A stretch of DNA of 28,500 bases from a virus. Lineage: Duplodnaviria; Caudoviricetes. The notes under the pieces were generated by a model. The model was not told where the DNA came from, did not search any database, and saw only the letters and a list, made by a program, of their open reading frames with translations. Each line of letters starts with the position of its first letter. Positions within the stretch are counted from its first letter, which is position 1. The stretch is taken from positions 1 to 28,500 of IMG/VR virus record IMGVR_UViG_3300020045_003878; one strand, 5' to 3'. Shown here one piece after another: positions 25,011 to 28,500 of this stretch. The position numbers and the translations under genes are program-made.

Positions 25011-25285
25011 AAGAATTAATTTTTAGAAACATCGAAGCTACAAAAAAACGTGGTCAGATACACGGTGGTACAAACATTCGTAATCACATAGCTAAATTAA
25101 AAGAGGAAATACAGGAGCTTGAGGATTCGATCAAAGAAGATGGAAGCTACGACCCACTAGAGGCTATTGATGTTGTTTTAGTTTCAACTACCATGTTGGT
25201 TTGTGAGCATTTATACCCTCATTTAATTCAAAAAGTAGAGATTAATGAGCAACGAGCTATCAATTGTAAAAAAGATGTGAAATGA
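24998..25285 (+). CDS. MazG-like nucleotide pyrophosphohydrolase
   Basis: 'KLKEEIQEL....EAIDV' gives the EExxE...ExxD motif. Confidence 0.6.
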   Translation: MGQLEELIFRNIEATKKRGQIHGGTNIRNHIAKLKEEIQELEDSIKEDGSYDPLEAIDVVLVSTTMLVCEHLYPHLIQKVEINEQRAINCKKDVK

Positions 25286-25497
25286 TTAAGGAACGTAGAA
25301 AGATAGTGAGAGTAGTAACCAAGCCATATAACACGAAAAACAACCGTTTGAATGCAATTGACGGCTTCGGGTTATCGGATGATATACCAGAAACTCAACA
25401 GGCTAAAATAGACGCTTTGAAAAATAAGCATTGGTGTTTATTCGAGAAAAAATCTACTCAATTTGAAAAAGAATTACGATATTATGCGCCAAAATAG
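25282..25497 (+). CDS. Hypothetical basic protein
   Basis: 71 aa; ATGA overlap. Confidence 0.55.
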   Translation: MIKERRKIVRVVTKPYNTKNNRLNAIDGFGLSDDIPETQQAKIDALKNKHWCLFEKKSTQFEKELRYYAPK

Positions 25498-25528
25498 TTT
25501 GTTTTTATGCAATTTATTTGTATTTTTG
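25498..25528 (+). promoter_or_regulatory. Promoter for the replication operon
   Basis: TTTG-N19-TATTTTTG. Confidence 0.65.
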
Positions 25529-25539
25529 TATGGTAAAAA

Positions 25540-25625
25540 TCGGAGTGGAAGCCGACAAAGAAATTTTTAACAAAGCATTCATTTACGGCGGGAACTTCCA
25601 CCCCAAAGTAAATGGGTGCTTTTTT
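25540..25625 (+). ncRNA. Structured leader RNA: two hairpins with complementary loops, the second terminator-like
   Basis: TCGG-aGTGGAAG-CCGA; AAAGCATTCATTTAC..GGG-aaCTTCCAC-CCC..GTAAATGGGTGCTTT followed by a T run. Confidence 0.6.
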
Positions 25626-25635
25626 ATTTACAATA

Positions 25636-26004
25636 ATGAGTAGTTCGAGTATTTCAAAATCAACAAGGATAGATATATTCAATAAATACAATGGCAAATG
25701 TGCTTATTGTGGCTGTGAATTATCAGCAGATTCATTCCAGATTGACCACATAATCCCAAAAAGAAGAGGAGATAGGAATTTTATAGGAAGAGGTTCAGAT
25801 AAAGTTAATAATTTAAACCCTTCATGCGCTTCATGTAATTCATCTAAATCGACATGGTCAATTGACGAATGGAGAGAAGAAATAAATTTAAAATTCAGTA
25901 GACTTGAAAAGTATGACTCTACATTTAGGCTTTTATTGAGATTTGGTATTGTTGAGAAATTGAATTACAGTACCGTTTTTTATTTTGAAAAAATAAATCA
26001 ATAA
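25636..26004 (+). CDS. HNH endonuclease
   Basis: 'GKCAYCG', 'IDHIIPK', 'NLNPSCASCNSSK'. Confidence 0.9.
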   Translation: MSSSSISKSTRIDIFNKYNGKCAYCGCELSADSFQIDHIIPKRRGDRNFIGRGSDKVNNLNPSCASCNSSKSTWSIDEWREEINLKFSRLEKYDSTFRLLLRFGIVEKLNYSTVFYFEKINQ

Positions 26005-26006
26005 CC

Positions 26007-26717
26007 ATGGCAAATTTTACAGGTTATGAGCTTTCAAAAGATTGGTTCGATTGGTGCTTTGAAAACCCAGAGAAAATAACACCAACTCATACCGCTTTAT
26101 ATTTCTTTATTATTGAACACTGGAATAGGTTAGGTCAAAAACCTAAATTTGGACTACCCATGGAGATGGCTAAAGATGCTATTGGTATAAAAAACTATAG
26201 AACATATTCAAATTCATTCAACGATTTAGTGGAATGGGGATTTATTGACGTGCTTCAAAAAAGTAAAAATCAATACAGCGCTAATGTAATTGCTATTGTA
26301 AAAAATACAAAGGCAAATACAAAAGCACTTACAAAAGCAATACAAAAGCACAGTCAAAAGCAAGTCCACGGCATTGTATGTATAGATAACTATATTAATA
26401 ATGAAATAATAGAACCTATTAATAATGAAATGCAATACAAATTTCAAACTGAAATTGACGAACTAAAAACAGTTGTTTTGAATGACACTATACAGTTTGA
26501 TAATCTTTTATTTAGACATAAAGTGTCAAGTCAAAAATTGTCAACTATGATAGACCAATTTTGCATCATGCTAAAGTCTAAGGGTGAAAAAAAATATAAC
26601 CCCAAAGAATTTAACGACTATCTAGGCAATTGGATCGGCACCGAACTAAAAAAAGAATCTAGCGCCAATAAAAACCACCAACACAACGACTACAACCCCG
26701 CATCCAAACTATTTTAA
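26007..26717 (+). CDS. Phage replication initiator
   Basis: N-terminal winged-helix-like domain ('ALYFFIIE.WNRLG...L.EWGFI'), repeat-encoded linker, directly upstream of DnaB. Confidence 0.75.
   Translation: MANFTGYELSKDWFDWCFENPEKITPTHTALYFFIIEHWNRLGQKPKFGLPMEMAKDAIGIKNYRTYSNSFNDLVEWGFIDVLQKSKNQYSANVIAIVKNTKANTKALTKAIQKHSQKQVHGIVCIDNYINNEIIEPINNEMQYKFQTEIDELKTVVLNDTIQFDNLLFRHKVSSQKLSTMIDQFCIMLKSKGEKKYNPKEFNDYLGNWIGTELKKESSANKNHQHNDYNPASKLF
26306..26431 (+). repeat. Iterons plus AT-rich repeats: putative replication origin
   Basis: TACAAAAGCA-type 10-mers at 26306, 26318, 26330, 26341, 26353; TATTAATAATGAAAT at 26393 and 26417. Confidence 0.7.
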
Positions 26718-26720
26718 CCC

Positions 26721-28100
26721 ATGAAAAACGAAAATATAACAGAGGCCGAAGAGTTAGTTTTATCTAGGCTACTTTGTGAAAGAGCCGCATTAAGTCAAGT
26801 TATAGAGCTATTACATCCAAAAATGTTTTTAGATGAACGTAACCGCATTATCTACGAACACATCCTAAAGCACAACGATAACAACATATTTTGTGACACT
26901 TCGATTCTTTGCCAATCTCTAATGGCCTCAGGTGAGATTCAAAAAGTAACTTTCGTTTATCCAACTGAATTAATGGGTAAGGTTGCAAGCTCAATAAACT
27001 TAGAGCACCACGCCAGAATGGTTGTCCAAAACTATTTTACTCGTAAGGTTTTTGGAATATTAAATGAAGCGACGACGAAGATAGCCACACGCCAATTCGA
27101 TGACATTAACGACATTTACAATAATGTGCTTAATGAGCTAAACGGCATGAATGAGGAGCTTACCACGGGCGAAATGGTGCCAATCAAGGAGGTTTTACCA
27201 ACCTGTATAAGTGATATTTACAAGCGTGTTGAAAATTTTGGAACCCAAACCCTAAGCGGAATAAACACAGGAACAACAAAATTAAACAAGGCCACAGGCG
27301 GTTGGAAAGGTGGTCAATTGATAATTTTAGCAGCTAGACCAGCGGTGGGTAAAACGGCTTTCATGCTACACTTTGCAAAGGCGGCCGCATTATCGAGTGA
27401 TGCAAGCGTGTGTATTTATTCGCTAGAAATGGATAGAGAGAGTTTAACAGATAGGCTTATTCATAGCAACACAAATATAAATCCAGACGATTTTAAGAGT
27501 GGCAAACTTACTGAGAGTGATTTAAGAGAGATAGAACGCTCTGTGAGCCAATTAGAGGCGCTAAAAATAAACTTTGATGATAAAAGTGGGTGTTCGTTAA
27601 GGTATATAGCAAATAATGCAAAATTGCTACATAAAAAAGGCAAATGCGATTTTGTGATAGTTGACTATTTGCAAATAATGGAGTTGCAAGGCGACAATGA
27701 AAATGTTGAAATAGGCAAAATAACTAAGGCCATGAAAATATTGGCTAGGGATTTGAATATCCCAGTTATGGTCTTGAGCCAATTGAACCGAAAATTAGAA
27801 GATAGACCCGACAAATGTCCACGAATGGCAGATTTAAGAAGCTCTGGGAGTATTGAACAGGATGCCGACGTTATTTGCTTCTTAAATCGCCCGTCGCTTT
27901 ACGGCATTAAAACAGTTGACGGAGAGAATGGAGAGCAAATAGATACTACAGGAATGGTTGAGTTGATTATTGGAAAGCAAAGAGCTGGTTCTGTTGGGAC
28001 TATTAGATTAAAGCACAATCCATCTATTACCCAAATAACCGATTTCGAACCAAGCGCACCTATTAGTAATTTTTCAATTGATAACATTCAAAAATTTTAA
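26721..28100 (+). CDS. dnaB: Replicative DNA helicase
   Basis: 'AARPAVGKT', 'SLEM', 'IVDYLQ', 'LSQLNR', 'DLRSSGSIEQDAD', 'KQRAG'. Confidence 0.97.
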   Translation: MKNENITEAEELVLSRLLCERAALSQVIELLHPKMFLDERNRIIYEHILKHNDNNIFCDTSILCQSLMASGEIQKVTFVYPTELMGKVASSINLEHHARMVVQNYFTRKVFGILNEATTKIATRQFDDINDIYNNVLNELNGMNEELTTGEMVPIKEVLPTCISDIYKRVENFGTQTLSGINTGTTKLNKATGGWKGGQLIILAARPAVGKTAFMLHFAKAAALSSDASVCIYSLEMDRESLTDRLIHSNTNINPDDFKSGKLTESDLREIERSVSQLEALKINFDDKSGCSLRYIANNAKLLHKKGKCDFVIVDYLQIMELQGDNENVEIGKITKAMKILARDLNIPVMVLSQLNRKLEDRPDKCPRMADLRSSGSIEQDADVICFLNRPSLYGIKTVDGENGEQIDTTGMVELIIGKQRAGSVGTIRLKHNPSITQITDFEPSAPISNFSIDNIQKF

Positions 28101-28103
28101 ACC

Positions 28104-28343
28104 ATGAAAGAGATTACAAGAGATAATAAAGCTCCTTTGTTTTTGCAAATAGCGCAAGAATATGGATTATTAAAATTAGCAGGGCATAAGCCAAATAGGC
28201 TAATTATAAATAAAGAACTTAAAGAGAAATTGGACCCGATTAGATTTGAGGCTATGTTTCCAGAGTTGGAGGTATTAGTGAGTGATGAAAAATTTGATTT
28301 TAGTTTTGAGCAGGTAATTGAACAATTTAAATTTATAAAATGA
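28104..28343 (+). CDS. Hypothetical protein
   Basis: 79 aa following dnaB. Confidence 0.6.
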   Translation: MKEITRDNKAPLFLQIAQEYGLLKLAGHKPNRLIINKELKEKLDPIRFEAMFPELEVLVSDEKFDFSFEQVIEQFKFIK

Positions 28344-28500
28344 GCTACAAACACAAACAATTAGAGGGGCACGAACTCCTAATCGGCAAGCATTTTAAAG
28401 GTGCTGATGATGAGAATAGAGTAACATTGCGAATAGAGCACGCAATAGCCGCAATACTAAAAGATTTATGCATCTATGTTGGCGAGCGAATAGAAGCGGT
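28340..28500 (+). CDS. Hypothetical protein, truncated by the window edge
   Basis: ATGA overlap; MSYKHKQLEGHELLIGKHF... stays open to the end. Confidence 0.55.
   Translation, partial: MSYKHKQLEGHELLIGKHFKGADDENRVTLRIEHAIAAILKDLCIYVGERIEA

Noticed and set aside
21607-28360. Minus-strand ORFs across the replication region
   Set aside because: Antisense to recognisable genes; no independent support.
70-28500. Stop-codon reassignment as in some Bacteroidota phages
   Set aside because: Genes are full length and densely packed under the standard code; TAG and TGA both end genes at sensible boundaries; the tRNA is not a suppressor.

Overview
A 28.5-kb segment of a tailed phage or prophage with a contractile (Mu-like baseplate) tail. 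The host is probably a member of the Bacteroidota, judged from TAnnTTTG promoter elements, AT-rich leaders without SD sequences, and DUF3127/DUF4494/DUF5675-like genes. Left to right: (1) tail morphogenesis genes in a permuted Mu-like order; (2) a receptor-binding block with a 1175-aa mosaic fibre containing a circularly permuted Fib_succ_major domain, two chaperone-like paralogues and a BspA-type LRR protein; (3) a lysis block preceded by a 16-aa peptide coupled to a multi-pass membrane protein; (4) tRNA-Thr(UGU); (5) a KilA-N/ASCH operon ending at a bidirectional terminator; (6) a leftward operon of small ORFs whose distal part is organised like an integron cassette array, with one full attC-like site and two terminal half-sites; (7) a divergent promoter region; (8) rightward recombination and replication genes (Sak4-like ATPase, SSB-like protein, nuclease, MazG-like protein, HNH, initiator with iterons, DnaB). 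No integrase, reverse transcriptase or CRISPR array is visible. All family calls come from motif recognition by eye, not from database searches.
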